Assembly (NCBI GenBank): GCA_045661265.1
Contig: JAZRFG010000177.1
Span: 1-38,208, forward strand
Reading direction: 5' to 3'
DNA from: Eubacteriales bacterium
Lineage (GTDB): Bacteria; Bacillota; Clostridia; Oscillospirales; CAG-272
DNA: 38,208 bases
Within the stretch, counting starts at the first letter, position 1; every line of letters begins with the position of its first letter. Position numbers and translations under genes: made by a program. The notes under the pieces were generated by a model. It was not told where the DNA came from, searched no databases, and saw nothing but the letters and a program-made list of their open reading frames with translations. Positions 1 to 7,616 of the stretch are shown here, piece by piece.

Positions 1-578
1 ATCCCCTCCTCGCAGCTTTTTCCGTCATACAGAACCTGTGTGGTGTCGCTATCGGCGTGATAGAGGAACACGATCGAATGGCTGTACGCAGAGTAGCGCG
101 TGGGACGGTAGACAAAGATCAGCACGGAAAGCGCCAACAGCGCCCCCACCAAAAAGAGCAGCAGCACGCGGCCCCAGAACATACGCCGCTCGCCCCGCAG
201 GGCGGGGATATAGATGGGCGGCATTGATCGCTGCACGGCAGTGATATCCTCGGATGGCACAGGGAGCGGCGTCTGCGGCGCGGCAAGCGCGGGAGCTTGC
301 GCGACCGGCGCTTCCTCTACGCTCTGTTTCTCGGCAAGGATCTGCTCCTCGCTCTCCATCGGCTGCGCCTTAGGCGCACTCTTTTTTGCCGAGGAAGTGC
401 GCGTGCGGGGCTTGGTCGCGCTTTCCGCGGCGATGGCAGCGTCTTCCCCGCCCTCGGTCTTGGGTTGCGCGGTGCGTATGCGGCGTACGGCTGATTTGCC
501 CACCGATGCGGATGCCTTCTTCTTTTTAGCAGATGTGTCTACCACTTGCTCTTCCGCATTTTTCTTCTCGCTTGGCAC
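1..578 (-). CDS. hypothetical membrane-anchored protein (N-terminal part; gene continues past window start)
   Basis: Absent from the ORF track because it is open at the window edge. Manual reverse-strand read from GTG 578-576 (GGAGGA at 590-585, 6-nt spacer) gives VPSEKKNAEEQVVDTSAKKKKASAS..., a K/A/E/P-rich low-complexity region, then one hydrophobic helix FWGRVLLLFLVGALLALSVLIFVY. No stop down to nt 3. Confidence 0.5.
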   Translation of the reverse strand, partial: MPSEKKNAEEQVVDTSAKKKKASASVGKSAVRRIRTAQPKTEGGEDAAIAAESATKPRTRTSSAKKSAPKAQPMESEEQILAEKQSVEEAPVAQAPALAAPQTPLPVPSEDITAVQRSMPPIYIPALRGERRMFWGRVLLLFLVGALLALSVLIFVYRPTRYSAYSHSIVFLYHADSDTTQVLYDGKSCEEG

Positions 579-660
579 GTCAGTTCCTCCTTTTCGAAAA
601 CTCACCCCGTTTCAGGGGATATTGGCTTTTTATCTCTTTTATTTTACACAAAATAAGCGA

Positions 661-695
661 AAAAGTCAAGACCTTTTTATAAGGTCTTGACTTTT
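661..695. terminator. bidirectional intrinsic terminator
   Basis: Perfect palindrome aaaagtcaagacc-tttttataa-ggtcttgactttt: 9-bp stem flanked by A4 and T4. It begins at the stop codon of the Mur-ligase gene. Confidence 0.65.
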
Positions 696-2148
696 AGATC
701 AGAGAAAACGCGCAGGACACCTCGGCACGCTCGTCAAAGGGCAGCCGTTGTCCCTGCACAAGCTGCCACGCGCCGTGAGATTTGGCAAGGATCAGCAGCA
801 CGTCCCCCTCGCGCATCTCCCGCACCGCCCGCGCGATCGCCGCGCGGCGATCGGTAAGAACAAGGGCGCGTCCCGGCTCCTCCATACCGCCAAGCATCTC
901 CTCGCAAATAACGGCCGGATCCTCACCGTCGGGGTCATCTGCCGTCAGATATACGAAATCGGCAAGCGCGCACGCCGTGCGTCCCAGCGGCAAGCGGCGC
1001 TCTCTTGCGCGTCCGCCGACCGAGCCGAGCAGCACGCAAAGGCGACCGCGGGTAAGCGGGCGCAGCACGGAAAGCGCCGCGGCGAGATCCTCGGTGCAAA
1101 AGGCACTATCCCGATACACAAGGCGTCCGCGGTGCGCCGAAAGACACTCCATACGGCCGTGCACGCTCACGTGTGAGAGCGCCATGGTCGTTTGCGCTTG
1201 CGAAAGTCCCACCGCGCGGCATAGCGCCGCGGCGCAAAGTGCGTTCTGGACACCCATATCCCCTACAACGGGTAGAGTTATTTCTGCTTTTTCCTGCTTT
1301 TCGCAGAGCTGAAAGGCCGTACCGGGCGTTTCCTCAAAAGGCATGAGCGTACGCACGTTCTCTGCCCACAGATCCCCGCCCTCGCCCACGCGGAAAACGC
1401 GCAAGGCACCACACGCCATCTCCTCGCCCACAGGCAGCACGGCAAGCGCGCAAGGAACGCGCATCAGTTTCTCCTTAGCCGCGCGATAGGCGGTAGCGTC
1501 GGGGTGCTCCCGCCGCCCAATATGGCGCGGGGAAAAGTTGGTCATCGCCACCACTGTAAACGCGATCCCCTCGGCGGCGTGGTGCAAAAGCTGATACGAG
1601 GAAAGCTCCAATATGGCAATTTCCATACCGTTTTTGGCCATTTGAGCAAGTGCCCTATGTATATCGGCGGCATCGGGCGCGGTCACAGTGGGCGGCGTTC
1701 GCACGCCGTCGATCTCGGTTCCGTCCGTATCCAGCACGCCCACGCGGCGCCCCGCGCAACGCAAGGCCTGCGCCGTCATCTGTGCCACGCTGCTTTTACC
1801 CGCACTTCCCGTAATACCGATTACCGTCATTGTGCGGGCGGGATAGCCGTATACGCGGGCAGCAAGCGTGCCGAGCAGCCGCTCGGGATCGTCACAGATC
1901 ATCACCGTGGCGTCTTTGGCCACGTAAGCGTCGCTCGCGCAAAGGAAAAGTCGGCAGCCGCGCGCATAGGCACTTGCCAGCGCATAGCGCCCATTGGAGA
2001 TCGGCGTTTTCGTGGCAACGAAAAGCGCGCTTTCGCACGTCGCCTCAGGGGCGGTTATCACGCTTTTGATCTGATGGCGCGCGGTGTCGCGCGCACTGTC
2101 GGTGGCGTGGCGTACGGCAAGCCCGTCAAATAATGCTTCAAAATTCAT
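694..2148 (-). CDS. Mur ligase family protein, MurE-like (UDP-MurNAc-tripeptide synthetase-like)
   Basis: ORF 694-2226 trimmed to ATG 2148 (GGAGGAG upstream; TGATG overlap with the upstream stop). MurE-like N-domain, P-loop VIGITGSAGKSS, central ILELSS and TNFSPRH, C-terminal GSVGGRARERR and TADDPDGEDP. Confidence 0.8.
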   Translation of the reverse strand: MNFEALFDGLAVRHATDSARDTARHQIKSVITAPEATCESALFVATKTPISNGRYALASAYARGCRLFLCASDAYVAKDATVMICDDPERLLGTLAARVYGYPARTMTVIGITGSAGKSSVAQMTAQALRCAGRRVGVLDTDGTEIDGVRTPPTVTAPDAADIHRALAQMAKNGMEIAILELSSYQLLHHAAEGIAFTVVAMTNFSPRHIGRREHPDATAYRAAKEKLMRVPCALAVLPVGEEMACGALRVFRVGEGGDLWAENVRTLMPFEETPGTAFQLCEKQEKAEITLPVVGDMGVQNALCAAALCRAVGLSQAQTTMALSHVSVHGRMECLSAHRGRLVYRDSAFCTEDLAAALSVLRPLTRGRLCVLLGSVGGRARERRLPLGRTACALADFVYLTADDPDGEDPAVICEEMLGGMEEPGRALVLTDRRAAIARAVREMREGDVLLILAKSHGAWQLVQGQRLPFDERAEVSCAFSLI

Positions 2149-2510
2149 CAGACCTGCTCCTCCAGCAGCTCCTCGGCGCGCCGCAGAATAAATCTTGCGG
2201 CAAGCTCCTCGCGGTGGCGCTCCCAAAAGGGCGCATACGCCTCGTCACACAGCACCAACAACGGGATACGCGCCCCGCCATCCAGCTCCACGTCGTGCAG
2301 GATCGAAAGCAGGATCTCGTCCCCCAGTGTATGCGATGCCCCCACCAGCTTGACGTTCGGCAAAAAGCGCAGCGTCAGCGCACGCTTGCCCGTCAGCACC
2401 GTGCTGCCGATGCGGTATTGCTTTTGCATCTGCCGCACACAGGCGTGGCAAAGCAGATTCGACCCCAACATCACGGGATGCAGACAGTCGTGCAGAACCT
2501 CCTCGATCAT
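2148..2510 (-). CDS. hypothetical protein (120 aa), translationally coupled to the Mur ligase
   Basis: ATG 2510 preceded by GAAAGGGGGAG. Its stop overlaps the ligase ATG by 1 nt. No family recognised; HDCLH and LLCHAC could form a metal site. Confidence 0.55.
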   Translation of the reverse strand: MIEEVLHDCLHPVMLGSNLLCHACVRQMQKQYRIGSTVLTGKRALTLRFLPNVKLVGASHTLGDEILLSILHDVELDGGARIPLLVLCDEAYAPFWERHREELAARFILRRAEELLEEQV

Positions 2511-2543
2511 GGCGCGCTCCCCCTTTCTTCCTCATCTGACATT

Positions 2544-2572
2544 ATTATACCGCGCAACGGGTGAAAAAACAA
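2544..2572 (-). promoter_or_regulatory. sigma-A type promoter candidate for the 120-aa/Mur ligase unit
   Basis: Reverse strand TTGTTT (2572-2567), 17-nt spacer, TATAAT (2549-2544), about 30 nt upstream of ATG 2510. Confidence 0.45.
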
Positions 2573-2600
2573 GCGAATTTTGACATTCAAAAAATTTCTC

Positions 2601-2629
2601 TTGCATCCTTCCCCAAAATCCGTTATAAT
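2601..2629 (+). promoter_or_regulatory. sigma-A type promoter candidate for the GNAT gene
   Basis: TTGCAT (2601-2606), 17-nt spacer, TATAAT (2624-2629), 27 nt upstream of ATG 2657. Confidence 0.5.
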
Positions 2630-2656
2630 AAAGGCATCACCACCGGGGAGGGGCAC

Positions 2657-3238
2657 ATGAACAAGGAATCACTCTGTCGCATTTTTTCACATATTCCGGA
2701 GCTGGAAAGCGAGAGATTGCTGCTGCGCGCGATGCGCGTGAGTGACAGCGCGGATATGTATGATTACGCCCGCCGCCCCGAGGTCACCGAGTATCTGCTC
2801 TGGCGCCCGCATACCGACGTACAATACACGCGCCGCTATCTGGAATATCTCGGCGGACGCTATCGCATCGGCGTGCATTATGAATGGGCCGTGGTCCACA
2901 AACAAACGGGGCGTATGATCGGCACGTGCGGCTTTGCGCGCGTGGACACCGCACACAACTGCGCCGAGCTTGGATATGTGCTTCACCCCGACTTCACAGG
3001 ACAGGGTCTGATGACCGAAGCGTGTGAGCGCGTGCTGCAATTCGGCTTCGGCGTGCTGGGGCTGAACCGCATCGAGGCAAGATACATGGTCGGCAATGAC
3101 GCCTCACGGCGCGTGATGAATCGGCTCGGTATGCTTTTCGAGGGCGTGCAGCGCGCCTCGATGCTGGTCAAGGGGAAGTACCGCGACATCGCCACGTGTG
3201 CCATTTTGGCAAAGGATTACAGAGCAAACAAGGCATAA
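2657..3238 (+). CDS. GNAT family N-acetyltransferase (RimJ/RimL-like)
   Basis: ORF 2561-3238 trimmed to ATG 2657 (GGGGAGGGG upstream). Motifs LLLRAMRVSD, IGTCGF, AELGYVLHPDFTGQGLMTEA and NRIEARYMVGNDASRRVMNRLGM are typical of the acetyltransferase fold. Confidence 0.85.
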   Translation: MNKESLCRIFSHIPELESERLLLRAMRVSDSADMYDYARRPEVTEYLLWRPHTDVQYTRRYLEYLGGRYRIGVHYEWAVVHKQTGRMIGTCGFARVDTAHNCAELGYVLHPDFTGQGLMTEACERVLQFGFGVLGLNRIEARYMVGNDASRRVMNRLGMLFEGVQRASMLVKGKYRDIATCAILAKDYRANKA

Positions 3239-3240
3239 TA

Positions 3241-3273
3241 AAAAGCGAACACGACCTACGTGTTCGCTTTTTT
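3241..3273. terminator. bidirectional intrinsic terminator
   Basis: aaaa-gcgaacacg-accta-cgtgttcgc-tttttt, lying between the convergent GNAT and spoVAEB genes. Confidence 0.75.
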
Positions 3274-3274
3274 G

Positions 3275-3646
3275 TTAGAATCTGGGCTTGCCGCCGCGGC
3301 AAACAGCCGCCGCCAAAAGTCCGAAGCAAAGCGCTGCCGCCGTGCCGCCCGCGGCGGCCGTCAAACTTCCTGTAAACGCCCCCAAAAGTCCGGTGCCCTC
3401 CACGGCGCGCTTCACGCCCTTGTAAATGAGAAAGCCAAATCCGGTAAGCGGGGTGGTTGCCCCCGCGCCCGCCAGCTCCGCAAAGGGGCGATATACGCCA
3501 ATGGCGCCGAGAAACACGCCCGCCACCACGTAGCACACCAGGATCCGCGCGGGGGTGAGCTTGGTCTTGTCAATGAGGATCTGCGCGATCACACACAAAA
3601 GTCCCCCAAAAAGGAACGCCCAAAAAAGCTTTAAGAAAACTTCCAT
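3275..3646 (-). CDS. spoVAE: stage V sporulation protein AE (SpoVAEB-type, SpoVAC/SpoVAEB family)
   Basis: ORF 3275-3823 trimmed to ATG 3646 (AAGGAGGA 5 nt upstream, inside spoVAD). MEVFLKLFWAFLFGGLLCVIAQILID...ELAGAGATTPLTGFG...: small 4-TM protein with the family AGAGAT motif. Confidence 0.85.
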   Translation of the reverse strand: MEVFLKLFWAFLFGGLLCVIAQILIDKTKLTPARILVCYVVAGVFLGAIGVYRPFAELAGAGATTPLTGFGFLIYKGVKRAVEGTGLLGAFTGSLTAAAGGTAAALCFGLLAAAVCRGGKPRF

Positions 3647-4647
3647 TCGTCCTCCTTTGCCCCAAGGCACACCAGGTGTGCCACGGCGGGAATATACTCG
3701 CCCTGCTGGATCGACTGCGGGCTCATCATCGCACCCGTGCCGATCAAAAGAATGCGGCGCAGCTCGCCCCCTGCAAGGCGCGGCAGAAGATGGCTTGCCA
3801 GCACCGCCGCCGAGCAACCGCACCCGGAGCCACCCGCGTGCGTGTCCTGCCGCGCGCGGTCATAGATCATCATACCGCAATCGTTGTACACGGGACGGAT
3901 ATCCACGCCCTCCATCGCCATCAGCTCGCAAAGAATGTCACCGCCCTCAAAGCCGAGATCCCCCGTGTAGATGCCGTCAAAATCGGCCGGGCTGCTTCCT
4001 GTGGCCTTGAAAAAACGCAGCAGCGTATCCATCGCCGCGGGAGCCATAGCAGCACCCATATTCGAAACGTCGCGCACGCCCATCTCCACCACGATGCCGG
4101 GGCACACGCCGCGGATCAGCGCCTGCGCGTGCTCACTCTCCCCCACGATGAAGGCCCCTGCCCCCGTCACCGTCCACTGCGCCGTGGGCGTGCGCTGACC
4201 GCCGTATTCAATGGGTGAACGATACTGGCGCTCCGCCGTACAGTTGTGCGAGGACGCCACCGCCGCCGTGCGCGTAAAAAATCCGCCCGACACCGTGAGC
4301 GCCGAGAGGATCAGCCCCTCCGCCGCCGTGGAGCAAGCTCCGTAAAGCCCAAAATAAGGCACGGAGAAGTCTTTCAGACCGTATGCGGCACCGATGCACT
4401 GATTGAGCAGATCGCCCGCAAAAATGGCGTCCAGATCCTTCTCAGACCCACCCCACTTGCCAAGCGCGGTGTTCAGCGCCAGATACTGCATCTGCGCCTC
4501 TGATTTTTCCCAGGTCTTTTGCGCGAAGCGGTCGTCCTCGCAGTGCAGATCAAAGCACTCGCCAAGCGGCCCATCGCTTTCCAGCTTGCCCACCACGCCC
4601 GCGGCGGCCAGAATACCGCAGCTTGTGGGGATCCATCCCTTTTGCAT
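3631..4647 (-). CDS. spoVAD: stage V sporulation protein AD (thiolase-fold)
   Basis: ORF 3631-4734 trimmed to ATG 4647 (GAGGGA upstream). Motifs GDLLNQ, YGACST, SSHNCTAERQYRSPIEYGGQ, AMAPAAMDT and HAGGSGCGCSA. Confidence 0.9.
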   Translation of the reverse strand: MQKGWIPTSCGILAAAGVVGKLESDGPLGECFDLHCEDDRFAQKTWEKSEAQMQYLALNTALGKWGGSEKDLDAIFAGDLLNQCIGAAYGLKDFSVPYFGLYGACSTAAEGLILSALTVSGGFFTRTAAVASSHNCTAERQYRSPIEYGGQRTPTAQWTVTGAGAFIVGESEHAQALIRGVCPGIVVEMGVRDVSNMGAAMAPAAMDTLLRFFKATGSSPADFDGIYTGDLGFEGGDILCELMAMEGVDIRPVYNDCGMMIYDRARQDTHAGGSGCGCSAAVLASHLLPRLAGGELRRILLIGTGAMMSPQSIQQGEYIPAVAHLVCLGAKEDEWKFS

Positions 4648-4680
4648 ATCCGTTCCCTCTTTTTTGAAATCCTTGATACA

Positions 4681-4709
4681 TATTCTGCCACGGGTGGCGG
4701 ATTTTATGC
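4681..4709 (-). promoter_or_regulatory. forespore-type (sigma-G/sigma-F-like) promoter candidate for spoVAD-spoVAE
   Basis: Reverse strand GCATA (4709-4705), 17-nt spacer, CAGAATA (4687-4681), 33 nt upstream of ATG 4647. It resembles the GHATR-17/18-CAtxxTA consensus as I recall it. Confidence 0.4.
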
Positions 4710-4745
4710 AAAAAAAAGAGGATGCTCTTGGCATCCTCTTTTTTA
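4710..4745. terminator. bidirectional intrinsic terminator
   Basis: A-run, agaggatgc-tcttg-gcatcctct, T-run. It overlaps the stop of the 176-aa membrane protein gene. Confidence 0.75.
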
Positions 4746-5273
4746 TTTATGCAGAAAGTGAAAGCGCGAGCGCCATTTGAACACGTATGCCGAGATCAGA
4801 CGCGTAAGCGCGACGTCGTACACGACGAACACCACCGAGCACACGGGCAAGAGCCAGTAATACCACGTGGCGGTGATCTCAAAGGCGGTGAAGAATTGGA
4901 ACGCCAAGAAGATCGCCAGCGCGAGCCCCGCGTTGAAGACCGCGACCTTGAGCACCCAAGCCCACAGGCGCGGCAAGCGCCGCTCGAACAGCGCCTTTAG
5001 CATCGGGTAATAGCCCGCGAAGCACAGATACGCGAGCGCCGCCGTTTTGTACGGCACCAGCAGCATCGAAAGCAGCGCGGTGACGGCATAGATAAGGAAC
5101 GGATATTTCCCGCCCAGCTCGATCACGGCAAAGATTACCAGAATCGACGCGAGCGCCGCCATCGTGAGATCCAGAAACTGCAAAAGCGAACCAAGCGCGA
5201 GCAAGATCACGCCGAGCGCACACAGCACCGCCGAAACGGTCAGCGCGCGCGTGCCCTTTATTTTGCGCTCCAT
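4743..5273 (-). CDS. hypothetical polytopic membrane protein (176 aa, about 5 TM)
   Basis: ORF track. Hydrophobic throughout (ALTVSAVLCALGVILLALGSLL..., WYYWLLPVCSVVFVVY). ATG lies 1 nt after the J-domain gene stop (TGAGATG). Family not recognised; loosely ECF S-component-like. Confidence 0.6.
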   Translation of the reverse strand: MERKIKGTRALTVSAVLCALGVILLALGSLLQFLDLTMAALASILVIFAVIELGGKYPFLIYAVTALLSMLLVPYKTAALAYLCFAGYYPMLKALFERRLPRLWAWVLKVAVFNAGLALAIFLAFQFFTAFEITATWYYWLLPVCSVVFVVYDVALTRLISAYVFKWRSRFHFLHK

Positions 5274-5274
5274 C

Positions 5275-5934
5275 TCAGCAGCAGGAGATCAGATCGCCGC
5301 CAAGGCACTCGCAGCAGCAATCCGCCACGCAAAGCGTGGTGCAAATATCCGTATCACAGCAGCCGCTGCTTCCGTTATTGTAAGAGGAGTTGAAGCCACC
5401 CGCACGGTTGTGCATATTCTCCTTGGCGCGGAAATATTCGTTGTTGGTGGGTTCCATACGATACGCGGTATCAAACGCGTGGCGCGCGTCGGCATAGAAG
5501 CCCTTGCGCAGCAGAACGCAGCCCGCAAGGAAGTGCCATTCCGCACCGCGGTCGCTGTTGTCGATCTCCTTGAGCAATCTTTCCGCCTCGTTCACGTTGC
5601 CGGAGTTGACACAGTTACGGATAAGGAAGAACTTTTCCTGTGCCTGCTGGGAATAGTAGCTTCTGTTATAATTGCCCTCGTTCGAGGTCGTGTAGGAAAA
5701 TCCGCCGTTGCTCTGCTGCTCACTCTGCGAGCCCGCATTCTCGGTGCGCAGGCGATGGATCTCCTCGTAAGCGGCATTGATCTCTTTCATCTTCTCGCTT
5801 GCAAGGTCGGAAAGATCGCTATCCTGATAGCGGTCGGGATGATACTTGTGCGCGAGGTCGCGATACGCCTTTTTGATCTCCTCGTCGCTGGCGTTTTGCG
5901 AAACGCCCAGAACCTTATAAGGGTTGTTGCTCAT
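5275..5934 (-). CDS. J-domain protein with TPR-like middle region and Cys-rich C-terminal tail
   Basis: [33 protein letters not shown] (HPD motif); N/S/Q/G/Y-rich linkers; TPR-like [10 protein letters not shown]...[30 protein letters not shown]; ends [28 protein letters not shown]. Confidence 0.85.
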   Translation of the reverse strand: MSNNPYKVLGVSQNASDEEIKKAYRDLAHKYHPDRYQDSDLSDLASEKMKEINAAYEEIHRLRTENAGSQSEQQSNGGFSYTTSNEGNYNRSYYSQQAQEKFFLIRNCVNSGNVNEAERLLKEIDNSDRGAEWHFLAGCVLLRKGFYADARHAFDTAYRMEPTNNEYFRAKENMHNRAGGFNSSYNNGSSGCCDTDICTTLCVADCCCECLGGDLISCC

Positions 5935-6806
5935 AATGCTTCCTCCTTTTGGGGTGCCTCGCCCGTAAGGACGCGCTCCAGCGCGTGCGGCATACCCAAA
6001 TACAAAATATTGTTCAGAATTTCTTTTCTCGTGGGGTCATCATCTGCATCCATCAGATCAAACACGGCAGACAGGTCACAAAGACAGCACAGGATCGCGT
6101 CCTTGATGCCCGCCTTGTCCTCCTCACCAAGCACCCCGCCATAGGCAAGTGCAAAGGGGTTGTATCTTCCCTTTTTTATATCCTTTTCCAGATCGTCCAG
6201 CGCGTCAAGCATATAGATGAAGCGCCCTGTTTCAAAGCCGATCTTCCGCGCCAGCGTGGCGCCGGCACCCTCAAGACCGTGCGAGGTCACGTCGGCAAGC
6301 AGATCGCCGAACACCGCCGCCACCTGATCCACAGAGGGCGTTTTTGCCTTCTCCAGCTCGCCAAGGCGCACAAGATGCGCACGCACTGCCTCAGCAAGCG
6401 CGGGCAGACGCTTTTTTGCGCGGCGGTACGCGCCGCGCAAAAACAGACACGAGATCCGTGAGCGAAGGCGCGCAAAGCCGCGCTCGTCCGCGATATTGTC
6501 GCGGCATTTTTCATACGCGAGAATGGCACTGGCCGCCGCGCAAAAGTCAAGCTGCTCGTTTCGCTCCATCATCACACGCCGCCGCAAGGGGTGCACCATA
6601 CACCTCCGCTTGGCAAAGGCGGGCTTTTGGCCACTGAGCGCCATGCGCACGTTGGCCAGATACGCGAAATCGTAGCTGAGCAGCATACGCGAGCACTGCC
6701 CCGTACACTTTCCCATCGAGCGGCAAAGTCCACAGTACGAGGCGCGATAATATTCATATTCCCGTACGCGCAGCTCACCGCGCACTGTCTTTACGTAACC
6801 GAACAT
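5931..6806 (-). CDS. DUF5685-like protein (N-terminal CxxC-rich motif)
   Basis: ORF 5931-6962 trimmed to ATG 6806 (GGAAGGAG upstream). [47 protein letters not shown] matches my recollection of the DUF5685 N-terminus. ATGA overlap with the J-domain gene. Confidence 0.65.
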   Translation of the reverse strand: MFGYVKTVRGELRVREYEYYRASYCGLCRSMGKCTGQCSRMLLSYDFAYLANVRMALSGQKPAFAKRRCMVHPLRRRVMMERNEQLDFCAAASAILAYEKCRDNIADERGFARLRSRISCLFLRGAYRRAKKRLPALAEAVRAHLVRLGELEKAKTPSVDQVAAVFGDLLADVTSHGLEGAGATLARKIGFETGRFIYMLDALDDLEKDIKKGRYNPFALAYGGVLGEEDKAGIKDAILCCLCDLSAVFDLMDADDDPTRKEILNNILYLGMPHALERVLTGEAPQKEEAL

Positions 6807-6867
6807 TCCGCGCTCCTTCCCTTTATTGTATCTCTTTTTCGTGAAAATTACAAGTAGTTCGTGTGAA

Positions 6868-7206
6868 TTATTCCGCTTTTTCGTCCTCAACGGCAAGCGC
6901 GGGCAAGCCAACGGCGTTTTCCACGGGTAGCGTGAAGGCAATTCCCTGGCCCGGGGTGGCAAGACCTACCTTTTCGTAAATGGCGTGCAGAATGTCGTCC
7001 TTGATCTTGGCAGGAACGAGGATCAGCACCACTTCCTTTTCGGGTTGGATCGAAATGCCGAAAAAGGTCTCTGCCTCCTGATTGGCGGTGCCGCGGGCGC
7101 CCAGCACCGTGCCGCCCCGCGCGCCGTATTCGCGCGCGGCGCTCATCACGGCGTCGCTGAAGCCGCTGTTGACCACGCACACGATCATTTCATAAGCAAA
7201 AGTCAT
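6868..7206 (-). CDS. PII-like signal-transduction protein (copy 2)
   Basis: ORF 6868-7254 trimmed to ATG 7206 (AAGGAGGG upstream, 1 nt after the preceding stop). EMIVCVVNSGFSDAVMSAAREYGARGGTVLGARGT...VVLILVPAKIKDDILHAIYEKVGL...GQGIAFTLPVENAVGL follows the beta-alpha-beta x2 PII pattern. Confidence 0.7.
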   Translation of the reverse strand: MTFAYEMIVCVVNSGFSDAVMSAAREYGARGGTVLGARGTANQEAETFFGISIQPEKEVVLILVPAKIKDDILHAIYEKVGLATPGQGIAFTLPVENAVGLPALAVEDEKAE

Positions 7207-7207
7207 A

Positions 7208-7603
7208 TCACTTGCCCTCCTTTGTGCCAAGCAAGGCACGGCGGTTATCCGCAAAGAAGTTGTAGGCGAGCACCCCGATCATGCCGCTCATCGGCACGGT
7301 ATAGGCAATGCCCTTTCCGTTTTTTATGGTAGCAAAGCGTGCGGCAAGCGCCTCCAGCGCGCGCTTGACGCGATCCTCTCGGATCACGCTGAAGATCACC
7401 GTTTTTTCGCTTTGCACAAGGCCCATCATCTGCAAAATATCCGAGCCGGCCGTGCCGCGCGCGGCGGCGCAGAACTGCATATTCACGTCAAAGCTTTGGA
7501 TAAGGTCCATATAGAAATCCGCCTTTTCGCGGTTCACAATGGTGACAAGCAGCTTGAGCTTGTGGGGTGCTTGCATGGCACCTGCTTGCTTTTTTCTCGG
7601 CAT
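7208..7603 (-). CDS. PII-like signal-transduction protein (copy 1, divergent)
   Basis: ORF 7208-7651 trimmed to ATG 7603 (AAGGGGG upstream, 13 nt after the DUF1538 stop). LKLLVTIVNREKADFYMDLIQSF...AAARGTAGSD...VIFSVIREDRVKRALEALAARF...GKGIAYTVPMSGMIG. Confidence 0.65.
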   Translation of the reverse strand: MPRKKQAGAMQAPHKLKLLVTIVNREKADFYMDLIQSFDVNMQFCAAARGTAGSDILQMMGLVQSEKTVIFSVIREDRVKRALEALAARFATIKNGKGIAYTVPMSGMIGVLAYNFFADNRRALLGTKEGK

Positions 7604-7616
7604 CACGCAACCCCCT

